NCBI RefSeq assembly: GCF_016432865.1
Contig: NC_067399.1
Location: 388,306,001 to 388,370,000, forward strand
DNA from: Antechinus flavipes
Taxonomy: Eukaryota
Length of the DNA: 64,000 bases
Reading direction: 5' to 3'
Numbering within the stretch: the first letter of the stretch is position 1; every line of letters starts with the position of its first letter. Below, piece by piece: positions 1-10,598 of this stretch. The position numbers and the translations under genes are program-made. The notes beneath the pieces are model-generated. The model was not told where the DNA came from. It searched no databases and was given only the letters and a program-made list of their open reading frames with translations.

Positions 1-29
1 TGCCTGCTGGATATACTCCATCATTTATC

Positions 30-290
30 ATTTAAAGCACAATCCAAATGCTACCTTCTCTAGGAAGCCTTCCCTAATGTTTTCCCCAGCTGGTCATTAC
101 TTTTATTCTCAGATGTTCACTAGTACTTTGTGCTAGCAGGTAGAATTGGGAAATATTGTGCAAAATACTCGGCTTGATTTCTTTTTACTCTCGTTTCACG
201 GAGGTCAGGAGTCCAGACTCCTGACACTTTTTATCTCCCTAGAACCTAGCACATGGTAAATGCTTGAAAAACTTTGTGTTTAATAAATAG
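30..290 (+). mobile_element. Degraded L2 LINE 3' region
   Basis: aaatgctaccttctctaggaagccttccc and cctagcacatggtaaatgcttg resemble the L2 3' consensus. Confidence 0.5.
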
Positions 291-331
291 ATCTGTTCAC
301 CACTTTTCCTGCCCCAAATTGGGGTCATTAC

Positions 332-436
332 CTGCCTGGCCACGGGCCTCCGCTGATCATCACACTGATGCCTTCAACATTGGCCAGTCCCGGGCCAACG
401 AAGTGTTTCACGTTGTTTACTTCCCGGACCCCGTAA
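332..436 (-). CDS. MZB1: MZB1 exon 3 (105 nt)
   Basis: accaccag|T TAC GGG GTC...GGC AG|gtaatg; YGVREVNNVKHFVGPGLANVEGISVMISGGPWPG. Confidence 0.95.
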
Positions 437-613
437 CTGGTGGTCATGGGGAGAGAGAGAGAAGAAAAGTTAGAAGGGGAGCACTGGGAGAAGGGGATCC
501 ATCCATCCTGGGGCTTGTTAACTTCCCCAGAGCTGCTCTTTTCCTGGCTATAAAAATACACAAGGAATAGCCTTGGAGAAAGGAAGTAAGTTTATAGTCT
601 ATCAGTCCAGCAG

Positions 614-615
<2 letters not shown>

Positions 616-661
<46 letters not shown>
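616..661. repeat. (GT)23 microsatellite in MZB1 intron 2
   Basis: Read directly. Confidence 0.97.
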
Positions 662-664
<3 letters not shown>

Positions 665-838
665 AAAGGTGGGAGCTCAGACAATTTCTTTTAGGAACCT
701 TCCCCCAACATCCAAGCATCTCAACCCCATCCCCTTGTGGTGACTTCTTCCCTTTCTTCCCCCTTGCTCCTGCAGAGATCTGAGGATTCTGAGAGCCACA
801 GGGAAGGAATGGCTTTCCATGGGTCAAGGGCAACTCAC

Positions 839-960
839 TTCTTCCAACTCTGAGAACAGCATTTTTCCAGGACATCGGTGTACTCAGACTCACTCAGAGA
901 AGCCCCCTTGGGCCTGTGGCTCAGCAGCTTGGTCTCCGTTTCAGTCAGATGCTTCCACAT
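839..960 (-). CDS. MZB1: MZB1 exon 2 (122 nt)
   Basis: cctgtttcag|ATG TGG AAG...TGG AAG AA|gtgagt; MWKHLTETETKLLSHRPKGASLSESEYTDVLEKCCSQSWK. Confidence 0.93.
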
Positions 961-2127
961 CTGAAACAGGGGAGACCCTGATTAACTTTGGAGCCAACAT
1001 TGAAGGGGAGGAGGGAGGAGGCAAGCAGTGGGACTGTAAGCAGTGGGGGTGGGCCGTGTTTATGAGAGGAGGCCCCTGGTCCCCCCTACAGTTGGCCCCC
1101 TGGAACAGTTTTGGGCTAAGAATAGCTCTGGGTGGGGTGGGGCCCATCTGTGTGGGCAGAAAGCACCTGTGAAGGATGGGTCCCTTGCCCTGCTTACGTC
1201 TCCATCTTCCTGGTTTTAGGCACTGGAGTGGTCTTAGCAGTAAACAGGGAAGCAAGAACCTGCTTAGGGGTAGTGGGGATTCGCCGGTAAGTTAACTCCC
1301 TCTCCCCAGGAGTTGCTCAAGAGAGTCTCTCAGTTTCAGATACAGAAACCGAGCTCTGGCAGCAGGGGTTTTCCCCAAGAGCCAAGATTCTGACCTGTGG
1401 GATGAGAGGGAGGTGAGAGGCACTAGGCCTTAACCCAGTCACCAAATCCAGGGAGGGGTGACCCAGGCTCCAGGGAATCATTTCTTATTTTCTCTAAGAC
1501 CATCTGCTCTGTGCTCTGAAACACAGCCCAATTTGCATGGGGCATTTTTAACCCTAGAGGGATCAGAACAGGAAAAGGCCCAGACACTGAGGAGGAAAAT
1601 GCCAGGTGCTGGCAGGGCCCCCAAGGGAAGGGACAAGCTGTTAGTGACACGTATCACACATAGAAACACGTGGCCCTTCTCCCCTTCCCCAAGCACTGTA
1701 GAGTGCAAAAAAAAAAAAAAAAAAATCTAAGAAAAACAAAATAAACAAAAAAGCCAAAAATCTCAAATGAGGAAACCTTCCTGAGCTATCTCTGCTATCT
1801 CTTCCTTTATTGTTTACTTGAGACCCCAAAGACCTTTTGCATTAATATTACATATATCTACTCCTCTCCTGGCAGAAAAATAAACTGAAGCATATAACTG
1901 TAAGGGGAGAGAATGATCCAATCAACTTGAGCCAACAGGGTACCAGGATATGTAAGTGATACCATCCATCTTAGCCTGTGGAAAGGGATATTTCTAGCCT
2001 TTCTGGAGCTTTGTGCTCCAGGGCACAGCCTGAAATGTGTCCCTCCCATGGCCTTGCTCCCTAAAACTTGGGTCCTTGGTGTGGGGCTCAGGGGGGGTCG
2101 AAGGTGGGGGCAGGAGAGCTTTCTTAC

Positions 2128-2313
2128 CTGGTAAGAAATGATTCGGCAGGCGTCACAGCGCAGATGTTGGGGCATGTGGGTTGAGTATTTTTCTTCTTCA
2201 TCAAAATGAGGGGATGTGGCTGACAGTGGGATGGTTTCCTGGGGGATTCCCTCTCCAAGGTTCTCTGGGGGGCCCCAGCTGGTCAGCGACAGCAGCAACA
2301 GCAGAAGCCTCAT
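2128..2313 (-). CDS. MZB1: MZB1 exon 1 coding part (186 nt, 62 aa)
   Basis: GCC ATG AGG start, Leu-rich signal peptide, LRCDAC motif, TAC CAG|gtaaga donor. Confidence 0.96.
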
Positions 2314-2868
2314 GGCCTCTCAGTGGTGGACTAAGTTCTGTATAGACTAGGGTGTGGGTACATTACGAAGGAAGCCAGGTGGCATTAAGACCCAGCTTAA
2401 ACCAATGAGGGCCTGACACCTCTGTATCTGTACCCCCAACATCCTATCAATTGACTCAGTCCCTCCCATTCCCCCAGATTGTGATGGGTCTTGAAAGTCA
2501 ATTTTTCCACTTCCTTCCTGGGAGGATCTCCAACCCCACCCCCTCAATATGAGGTTCCAGATAATCTACTCCCATTTTGTGGAAGAAAAAAACTGAGACC
2601 TGGAAAGTGATAGGGACTTAGACAACTTTACAAGGCAATTTAATGTTTGAACTGCAATTTGAGCTTACAGTCACTCAGAGGATAGGGGATAAGGTGAAAT
2701 GTTTCCTCCTCCTCCCTCTTCCAGAATCTGCCTTTTGTGTGAGATGGCAACCTCTCTTTAATAGCCAGGATGATAGCCTCAATAACATAGGAGTTGAGAG
2801 GATTAGTACAAAAAAAAAAGACCAAACGCAATATTTTGGTTACTGACCACAATTCCTTTGGTGGACAT

Positions 2869-2874
2869 TTTATT
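2869..2874 (-). terminator. Candidate PROB1 poly(A) signal AATAAA
   Basis: tttatt on +; on the minus strand it is followed by a GU/U-rich tract (TTGCGTTTGGTCTTTTTTTTT); implies a ~2.1-kb 3'UTR. Confidence 0.55.
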
Positions 2875-3139
2875 TTACATACATAGATTGCAAATTCTAG
2901 GAATCTCTGGAGCCTGATTTTGATTGTACTTTCCTAGCAACTTTCCCCAAGGAGCTCCTTTTCCTGGGTAGGGGCCTGTGAGTCTGGGGGTGAATATCAG
3001 GCCTCCTTCCACCCTTAATTTTGTAACAAAAGAAGGTAGCAGCCAGTTGTTTGAGGGGAGGAGATACCCCCTGTCTCTAGTGACACTTTTTACCAGCAGA
3101 AGCAGTAGTCATACAAGCAGTTATAAACACCCCCAAAAT

Positions 3140-3143
<4 letters not shown>

Positions 3144-3183
<40 letters not shown>
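3144..3183. repeat. (AC)20 microsatellite
   Basis: Read directly. Confidence 0.97.
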
Positions 3184-3185
<2 letters not shown>

Positions 3186-3619
3186 CACTCCCTTCTTCCC
3201 TGTCCACAGCCTGCCCCATCCAGTTGTTCACATGGAGCTTTGTTCACAAATATGGCCCATGCCCCTCTTCTACCTTCCTCTTTAATATTCCTTAAGCTCA
3301 CCCAAGTTTCCTCTTCTTATTTGGATGGGTATAGATCTGGATTCCAGAAAGGGAGATGCTTTTTAAAATGCCCAGCAAATCAGCCTCTTGACCCACTTTA
3401 ATCACAGCTCCCAGCTTAACCTGGAGAAACAACAGCTCTCTAAAAGTCCCCAACACTGGAAACTCATTTATCCTATTCCCTTGAGACACTTAACTGGCTC
3501 AGCCTTGGGAGACCTTCCCCGAAAAGAAGCTCATTCACTTCCATCTAATAACTCTCACTGATGGAAAGGCTAAGTTTCTGGAATTCCAGCCCTGATTCTG
3601 CAAAACCTAACTTGCTTAA

Positions 3620-3761
3620 TGATTTGGGGTAAGTCATTTATCCTTGTAGGGACTCAATTTCCTCATATCAAAAGAGGAATGCTGGACTAATGATTTCAGG
3701 TAAGTCATTTATCCTTGTAGGAACTCAGTTTCCTCATATAAAAAGGGGAATGCTGGACTAA
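3620..3761 (+). repeat. 71-bp tandem duplication within a MIR-type SINE core
   Basis: Units 3620-3690 and 3691-3761, 6 mismatches in 71 bp; contains the MIR-like ctcagtttcctcat. Confidence 0.9.
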
Positions 3762-4969
3762 ATCTTCACTGAGGTTCCTTCCTAACTGAAAACTATCTCC
3801 AGAAAAGAAGTTCAGCCACTTCTAAAGGAGAAAAGAATCTCCTAGCTAGCTAGCACGGGTCTTGTTTTTTCATGGGTAGAGGAGAGTAGTAATGGAAAAG
3901 GAGTAGTTTTTTCTGAGATCATTGGGGTCTGAGGCTGGCTTTGAACTCAGGTCCTCCTACTTAAGGGCTGGTGCTCTGGACCATCTAGCTTTCACATGTT
4001 TCTTAATATGTAAGAATTATTTCATTCTGGTGCCAGTGCCATAATAACTGCTTAATAAATGCTTGTTGATTGACCAATTGATTTGCTGAATCTTTACCAA
4101 CAGCCTCCTGCCTTGGAGGGGCTATATTAATTAGACCCAAATCCCAGCTTTTCCTTTTAACATTCATCCCTGAAACAAGATTCAGAGAACTCTAGCACTA
4201 ATCAGCACCCCACAGTGCTTCTTCTGGTCCTGCCTGATCCATCTTTTTATGAGCTGAATGTCTCCCATTTCTTTACTAGAGCTCTTCAAAATTGGCACAA
4301 ATTTTGACCCAACTTCCCACCCATCCTCCCCCCCACACACATATACACAACTTCCCTTTCTCTCTGACTCCAATGAAGGACTTGTATCTTCAAGTTCAGG
4401 GGTCAATATACCTCCCAAACTCATTCTTACAGTTTGACTCCTTCACAACTTTTGCTGGCTCATATCTTCCCCCATCCATTTCCTTGACTCATCACTGGTG
4501 ACAGGGCATATGTGAGACACACAATCATATAACTGCTATCATTGCTTCCACTTCCTGAGGGTCATGGGTAGAGACACAGGCAAGAACTGAATAGATTGGG
4601 AAGAAATAGATGACAATTCCTCCCTGAGCTCTCCCTTCCATCCTCGGCAGTACCCTGGGAAGTGGGGTTGGAGGCAAAGCCACAGCACAATCCCTATGGG
4701 AGCTAGGGTAGGAGTGTGATGGGGGAGTAATGATAGTGAATGTGGACGTGGATGTGGGGAATTGGAATTTAAAGAAGGCAAAGAGCAAGTCATCGGGAGG
4801 GTGGGTGGAGGTGAAGGACTGGTATCAGAGTGGGTGTGTGCCAGGGGAAAGGAACCCAGAAGTATTTAGGGCTAAGTTGGATTCAGAGCCTCTGCTGGAA
4901 TAAGAGCCCCTTTAGGTGAGACCTTTAGACAAAATGGGGTGTGGGTAGGGCTTAGGGAAGTCTTCTCAC

Positions 4970-7900
4970 TCAAAAAGGTGAGCCTTTAGTACTGGTAGGA
5001 GGCCCAGAATTGGGAGGCCCAGAGTAAAGAAGTAGCGGAAGACCAGGTAATGGGCTAGGGGAACTGCCTGTGGGCAGATAATAGAGCCCATCTACAGAGG
5101 CACTCTCAGGAACCCAGGGGAGTTTGGTTCCTGGGGCTAATAAGTCAGGGGGACCCAGAGGCAAGGGTCCAGGGGAAGGGGGTAGTGAAAGCCCAGGGTA
5201 GGACCCATAGGGAGAAGGATAGAGGCTGTGCCCTACTGCCAAGGAAGGGTAGAACCGGAGGGGTGGCCCTGCTGGGGAGGGGGGAACAAGAACTTCTAGG
5301 TACTGACCACTCTCTGGGTCAAAGAGCAGCTTTAATTTAGGAGATTTGGGAGTCTCTACATAATAGTAACGCCCACTCTCTGGATCTACCAGAACCTTTC
5401 CTGATGGGGTGGCTCCAGCGCTCCTAAGACCCTTACCCTGACCCCGGGAAGGGCTGTCAAGGCCCTGGGCCATAGGAGGTGCTGAGGCTGCCCTGGGCTG
5501 GGACAGGGAAGCAGGTTTGGCTGTAAGCTGGTTCCCTGAGGGATGGGTCCCAGTGGAGCCTGGTTGCGGTTTGGCTCTGGGCTCTGGACTCCGGGCCTGG
5601 AGGACCAGGGGATTGGCCTGATCAGAGTGTGGGGACCCCAGGCGGAGGGAGCCCCTGACATTTGGATGTGGGGGTTCTGTCAAGGAGTTAGACGTCTGTC
5701 CAGCCCCTGACCATTGAGCGGGGCCCTCTGGCCTCTCTCTTGGTTCCTTGGGGATGGAGGCGGGCCCCAGGCTAATCCCTGGGGAATTGGCCTGGACTTC
5801 TCCTTCAGGGAGAAGGCGCTGAACCTGAGGACTGTACCCTGGGGAAACGTGGTGGATCTCTGTGTCTGTCTCAGGCTGGGTCTTGAGCCCCGGCTTTCGG
5901 GACAAAGACAGGGCTCCCGGGAGGCGGATCTCGCTGCGAGCAAAAGGCTTGGCTGTATTGTTCTCTGCTTTCTTTCGTGGGGTCGGATCTCCTTCTTGGT
6001 AGCCCTTGGGCCGCGTCTGAGGCTGGGGAGGTTGGTGGCCTTGCAGGGCCCCTCTGGGGCTGTGGGGAGCAGAGTCGCTTACTCCCACTCCCTCAGTGAC
6101 CGGCGGCTCTGCGACTTCGTAGGGATGGGTCACTATGGGCAGGAAGTCCTTCTGGAAAGTAGAAGTATAGTGAACAGTGGTAGGAGGCTCTAGAGCTCCG
6201 GACGGAATCTCGCTGTCCTCGCTGGGGCCCCCGGACGCGCAAGGGGGCTCAGGCAGCCCCAGACTGGAAGTGGGGACAGCTGGGAAGCTCAGCGAGTAGG
6301 TGTTCTTCACTAGCTTCCGTACGTCCCGAGGCCGCGGAATTGTTACTCGGGATCTGCCTGAGGGAGCGGGGGCGTCTCTGGGCTCCCAAGTATCCGGGAC
6401 TGTATTCTCCAGCGGAGGTGAAATCTGAGGTTCCTGCACAGTTAGATCCTGAGACGACTGCGTAAATGTAGCCTCATTGGGAGCCTCCTGCATAGACGGA
6501 ATCAGCGACGCCTGAAGAGTGGGATCCCAGGTTTCCTGAGGAGACAGACTGGGAGTCTCCTGGGCCGCCCGATCCTCTGGAGTGCACCTCTGAGCCAGAG
6601 GTTTCGGCGGCTGGCTCCATTCATTGCGGGGCCGAGACTCCGAAGCTTCCTGGGGCTTGTCCCCCGACAGCAAGAAGATGCTGGAGCTCACGGGACCGAG
6701 TGGTTCTGTCCCGGGGGCTGGTTTGTCCCGACGAATAGCTCGCTCTCGAAGACTGGGCCAGGGCCTCGGAGTTCTGACAGAAATTACGCCGTCTGGGGCC
6801 CTCAACCCCGCAGGCTTGGCAGGGGGCAGGGGTGCCTCCTTCGCCGGCTCTCTTGGAGGAAGCCCAGCCTGAGAGGTCCCTCTGGACTTGAGTTCCTTTG
6901 AATCTCTTCGAGGGCTTCGTACAGTAAGTCTAGTTGGGGCTTCGCTCTCCTGGACCTCAGGCCAAGCCAGGGGCCAATCCGCCGGCTTCTGGATATCCCC
7001 CTCCGAACGAAGCTGCGAACCTGCCCGAGTCTGAATGGGCTGAGCCCCGCCCCCTGGGCTTGGCTGCTCCGGGCACAGTGTCTGCTCGAGCTGCAGCTTT
7101 CTGGCCAGTGCTGTCTGCACGAGGTTGGAGGCGGCCTGCAAGCGAGTCAGAGACTCGTCCAGCGAGCCCGTTCGCAGGAACAACTTGCGCCTGGGGAGCC
7201 CATTCGCCCCCGCTGAATCCAGCTCCGGAGGGCTCGGCTTCAGCCTCAGCTCTATCTGCCTCTTGGGGACCGTTCTCTGCTTACTCAGGGATGCGCGGTC
7301 TTCAAGAGCCACCTCCACGCACTCGAACTGAGTTCTCCCGGACGTGGCAGGGAGTTCTGGCAGCTTCGAGGCAGAAGATTCAGCCTCCTGACGCAGGTCC
7401 AGGTAGGTGGCCCAGCGGTCTGCTTGGTTGCTGCTGTCCGAGAGAGCCGGGGATGGGCTGGAAGAGGCCTGCGCGCTGGGACTATGCACGTCTAGGTAGG
7501 GGCCTTGAGGGCGGGAAAAATTCTGCAAGCTGAGCGCAGTGAGCTGCTGCACCTCGCTGTCGGCCTCATCTGAGTCGCTGGGGGACCGAACGGGAGTCTC
7601 GCCTAGGGGCCCGGTTGTGAAGATCACTTCCATCTCCCCCGACGGCAGGGTGCGGAGCTGGAAAGGACTCGGGCGCTGTCCCGGCCTCTTGGGGAAACCG
7701 GATCCAGGCTCCTGGCGGCTATTCTGGGCGCTGATGGACAGGCGAAGCTGCGAGCCCCCGCTCCCGGTTGGGCCCGCCCCGCGACCAGGGACCCTGGAGT
7801 TCTGGCCCGCAAACTTTGCCGGTTGCCCCCGCCCAGGAATTCCACTGCCCCCGTCATCGTCCGCCCCGTCCAGGACGGGGCGCGGCCCCTGGGGCTCCGG

Positions 7901-8008
7901 CGAGCCTGGCGCGGTGTGGTAAGAGTCGGAGGATCCCGAAGAGTCCTGGCGCAGAGCCAGGACCGAGGGGAAGCCGCCCGCGGCTGGGGGGACAAGGATG
8001 GAGAGCAT
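4970..8008 (-). CDS. PROB1: Proline-rich basic protein 1, single coding exon, 1012 aa; C-terminal DUF4585-type repeat
   Basis: Uninterrupted ORF with recalled PROB1 blocks RQDSSGSSDSYHTAPGSPEP, LRTLPSGEMEVIF, RWATYLDLR, RTVPKRQIELR, PRPWPSLRERAIRRDKPAPGTEPLGPVSSSIF, PRPRDVRKLVK, KVLVDPESGRYYYVE/LLFDPESGQY. An in-frame upstream TGA (8057-8059) fixes the ATG. Confidence 0.97.
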   Translation of the reverse strand: MLSILVPPAAGGFPSVLALRQDSSGSSDSYHTAPGSPEPQGPRPVLDGADDDGGSGIPGRGQPAKFAGQNSRVPGRGAGPTGSGGSQLRLSISAQNSRQEPGSGFPKRPGQRPSPFQLRTLPSGEMEVIFTTGPLGETPVRSPSDSDEADSEVQQLTALSLQNFSRPQGPYLDVHSPSAQASSSPSPALSDSSNQADRWATYLDLRQEAESSASKLPELPATSGRTQFECVEVALEDRASLSKQRTVPKRQIELRLKPSPPELDSAGANGLPRRKLFLRTGSLDESLTRLQAASNLVQTALARKLQLEQTLCPEQPSPGGGAQPIQTRAGSQLRSEGDIQKPADWPLAWPEVQESEAPTRLTVRSPRRDSKELKSRGTSQAGLPPREPAKEAPLPPAKPAGLRAPDGVISVRTPRPWPSLRERAIRRDKPAPGTEPLGPVSSSIFLLSGDKPQEASESRPRNEWSQPPKPLAQRCTPEDRAAQETPSLSPQETWDPTLQASLIPSMQEAPNEATFTQSSQDLTVQEPQISPPLENTVPDTWEPRDAPAPSGRSRVTIPRPRDVRKLVKNTYSLSFPAVPTSSLGLPEPPCASGGPSEDSEIPSGALEPPTTVHYTSTFQKDFLPIVTHPYEVAEPPVTEGVGVSDSAPHSPRGALQGHQPPQPQTRPKGYQEGDPTPRKKAENNTAKPFARSEIRLPGALSLSRKPGLKTQPETDTEIHHVSPGYSPQVQRLLPEGEVQANSPGISLGPASIPKEPRERPEGPAQWSGAGQTSNSLTEPPHPNVRGSLRLGSPHSDQANPLVLQARSPEPRAKPQPGSTGTHPSGNQLTAKPASLSQPRAASAPPMAQGLDSPSRGQGKGLRSAGATPSGKVLVDPESGRYYYVETPKSPKLKLLFDPESGQYLEVLVPPSPAGPPLRFYPSLAVGHSLYPSPYGSYPGLSLPPSPGPLPLGPPDLLAPGTKLPWVPESASVDGLYYLPTGSSPSPLPGLPLLLYSGPPNSGPPTSTKGSPF

Positions 8009-8450
8009 GCTGCGGGAGGGCTGCGGCGGGGGCCCGGGCTCAGGTCGCGCAGAAGTTCACCGCCTCCTCCTCCGCCGCCGCCGCCTCCAGCTGCTCTGTC
8101 CCCAGCCCGCACTCCCCGCCCCGGGGTCCCGGCGTGGCCGGGTCACGGTGCCTTAAAGAGGCCGCATCTGAACCGGAGCCAGAGGCTGCCGGGGCTGGCT
8201 AGGATAGCAGTGCCTTTCTCCACTTTCTCCTCCCCTCCCCTCCCGGCCCACTCCTCCCCGCTTTGGCCGGCCTGGAGGAGCCGACACCAGATCGGGGAAA
8301 ATAATGCGGTCTGGGGGGCAAACTGTGGCAGGAGCCCCCATCAGGAGGCCTCCCGGAGGAACCGAGATCCGAAAGCCAAGGGGTCCCTGCAGGTGCTTCT
8401 TTGAAGCACTTGCGACGCATCGAGGCACTTCCAATTCTAAATTTCAGGCT
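7500..8450. promoter_or_regulatory. CpG island over the PROB1 5' end/promoter
   Basis: Very GC- and CpG-rich relative to CpG-depleted flanks; GC boxes; GGC/GGA triplet run 8060-8087. Confidence 0.8.
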
Positions 8451-9646
8451 TGGATTTTGTGTCTCTGGCATCTCAGCTCGGCCATCTAAACGTCACCAAC
8501 TGTACACTCCATTCTATTAGGTTGAGAGGGTTTCCTTAATTTCTCCATAACCGCGTGAGTAATGAAAGTGAGACCTCTTCATATTACCGTTTGTAAAATG
8601 GGCTTTTAAGGAAGTGCAGGTGATTCAAAACATCTACAATCATACTCCGCCCAAGTCCCAAAGTTGGGCTGGATTCCTGGACCAGGTTGGCATGGGGCTG
8701 GGGTAGAGAGAGGAAAATTTTTAAAAAATGTAGCTTCTCTGTATAGAACTCCGAGCTGGAGGCATTGGGGGAAGGGGAGCTAGAGGGTATTTCGGGTTGT
8801 TTTGGTACTTGGGAACATGAATTGCCCGTGTTTATAGCCCCGAATTTCTTTCATACGGCCTCAGAGAGGCTATGGTCCTTTCTTAATTGAAGACGACCCC
8901 AAACTTGTGTTTTTTGGAAGGGACCTTCGAGGTCAATTAGTGCGACCTTTCATTGATGACTCCAAGAAACCTCAGATATAACCCACGTTTAAAACCTATT
9001 CTTGAATACAGTTGCCAGAAATTTGTCTTCCTCCTCCCCAACTCTCTCCCTCCAAATAAAGTCTTGTCCTTTATTTCTTCTAGTGCACTTTTTTTGGTCC
9101 TAAAACTTTAAAAGTCTTATCCTGGCTCTTTGCTGTTCACTACTAGGATACTGAGTGTTAGGGCCCCGATTCCTCTGACCAATTCTAGCAGCTTTAGACA
9201 CTGACAAAGACTGGCATGTGAGCTGGCATAAGGTTCAAGGGCTGTAGAATCCATCACAAGTTAGAATATCAGAGTAAAATGTGTTACTTTCTGGGTTATC
9301 TTAATTGGAAAGTAGCTGCCCTAGGAAATTAGAGAATAGGGTCCTTTAGAGATTTCCAACTTTTCTCTCATTGAACATTTCTACACAATGTATCATTCCA
9401 ACGTTTCCACTTTAAACACTTGAAAAAGGACAGATTCATATAGATGTTTAAGATGGTAGAAAGTGTAGTTCTTGATTTTTTTTTTTTTTGGATGCCCTCC
9501 AAATCATTGTCACTTGGGCAACTAATATATTTTGGGCAAGTCAACTTTACCCTTCTGTTTTCTTTTATGTAAAATTAACATAATGCTTAGCCTTCTAAAG
9601 GGATGAGAATCATGCTTGTGCAAATTCTTTGAAAAAACATTAAGCC

Positions 9647-9815
9647 AGGGGCAGCTAGGCAGCAAAGTGGATAGAGCACCAGCCCTGAAGTCAGAAGGAC
9701 CTGAGTTCAAGTATTACCTCAGACACTTAATACTTCCTAGCTGTGAGACCCTGGGCAAGTTACTTAACCCCAATTGCCTCAGCACAAAACAAAAAACGGA
9801 AAAAAAAAAAAAAAA
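9647..9815 (+). mobile_element. WSINE1-type tRNA-derived SINE with A-tail and perfect 15-bp TSD
   Basis: ggggcagctag...cctgagttcaa...gggcaagttacttaaccccaattgcctc + A-tail; TSD aaaaaacattaagcc at 9632-9646 and 9810-9824. Confidence 0.92.
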
Positions 9816-10598
9816 CATTAAGCCTATGTAAGAGATAATTAATGGAAAATATTAATTTTGAAATCCAGATAAAAGAACCACTGCCTTCCTATTGCCCTGG
9901 ACTGTGAGGTCTTGCATTGTAAAGTTCCCAGTTAGTGCCCCATCCCCCATCACTTTCCAACCTAGAAGCTTCCCCACAGCTCTGGAAGCTAAATTAAGCA
10001 CGTTAACTTAACCCAGTGGAGGGGGGTTACCAGAGTAACTAGGAGTGTTTATGTAGGGAGGGGCCAAACAAGGGTGGGGCAGTCATTGGACTAGGGGATT
10101 CCTCCTCTCCCCTTTCCCTCTCCTCTACCCCACTTCATCCCAATGGGGAAGCTCTACACTTTTTGCATAAACTACAATTCAACTCTTTAAATCCCACCAA
10201 CCCATTTATAAAGAAAGTAGGGTGGAAGAGTGTTTAATCTGAGTATCCCCTCCCTGGCCACTTCTGTTTGAGCTCGGAGTGTTGGGTACAGTGTGGCAGG
10301 TGCAGGGGCCGATGCCAGAATCGGGTCATGTCCTAGCAGCTCCATCCCCTATCCCACGCATGCTTCCCGGGGCTGGTCAGGCAAAAAGTCCTGCCATCCA
10401 TTTGCTATTCACATTCTAAGGGGAATCAGGGCTAGGGAAGGAAGTTAAAGTGGGGTTCCTTGATCATCCTAGCAGGGGCTGATTGAACCCAACTGAAAAG
10501 TGCAAATCCAGTAAGAGGGGAAAGGTGAAGGACATTAAGAGGTCCTAGGAAAGGATCCTTATATGCAAGACAGAGAAAAGTGCTAAGTGGAAGCAGAT

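Larger units (their letters stand above)
332..2313 (-). other. MZB1: MZB1 gene span (marginal zone B and B1 cell-specific protein / pERp1), 3' partial: join(2313..2128,960..839,436..332); exon 4 outside window
   Basis: Spliced translation MRLLLLLLSLTSWG...HMPQHLRCDACRIISYQ|MWKHL...YTDVLEKCCSQSWKN|YGVREVNNVKHFVGPG...SGGPWPGR matches recalled MZB1 (signal peptide, CxxC). Synteny with PROB1. Confidence 0.95.

Noticed and set aside
1-331. Search for MZB1 exon 4
   Set aside because: No matching translation; the region is L2-like intron and the exon lies outside the window.
1858-2127. ORF track extension of MZB1 exon 1 (VRKLSC...)
   Set aside because: Read-through into intron 1 past the CAG|gtaaga donor.
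2402-2420. ERSE-like CCAAT-N9-ACACC upstream of MZB1
   Set aside because: Two mismatches to CCACG; too weak to call despite biological plausibility.
5386-8489. Many 60-200 aa ORFs overlapping or antisense to PROB1, including 7624..8112 with poly-Gly
   Set aside because: Expected shadows of a GC-rich CDS and CpG island; several start at GTG/TTG; no recognisable domains.
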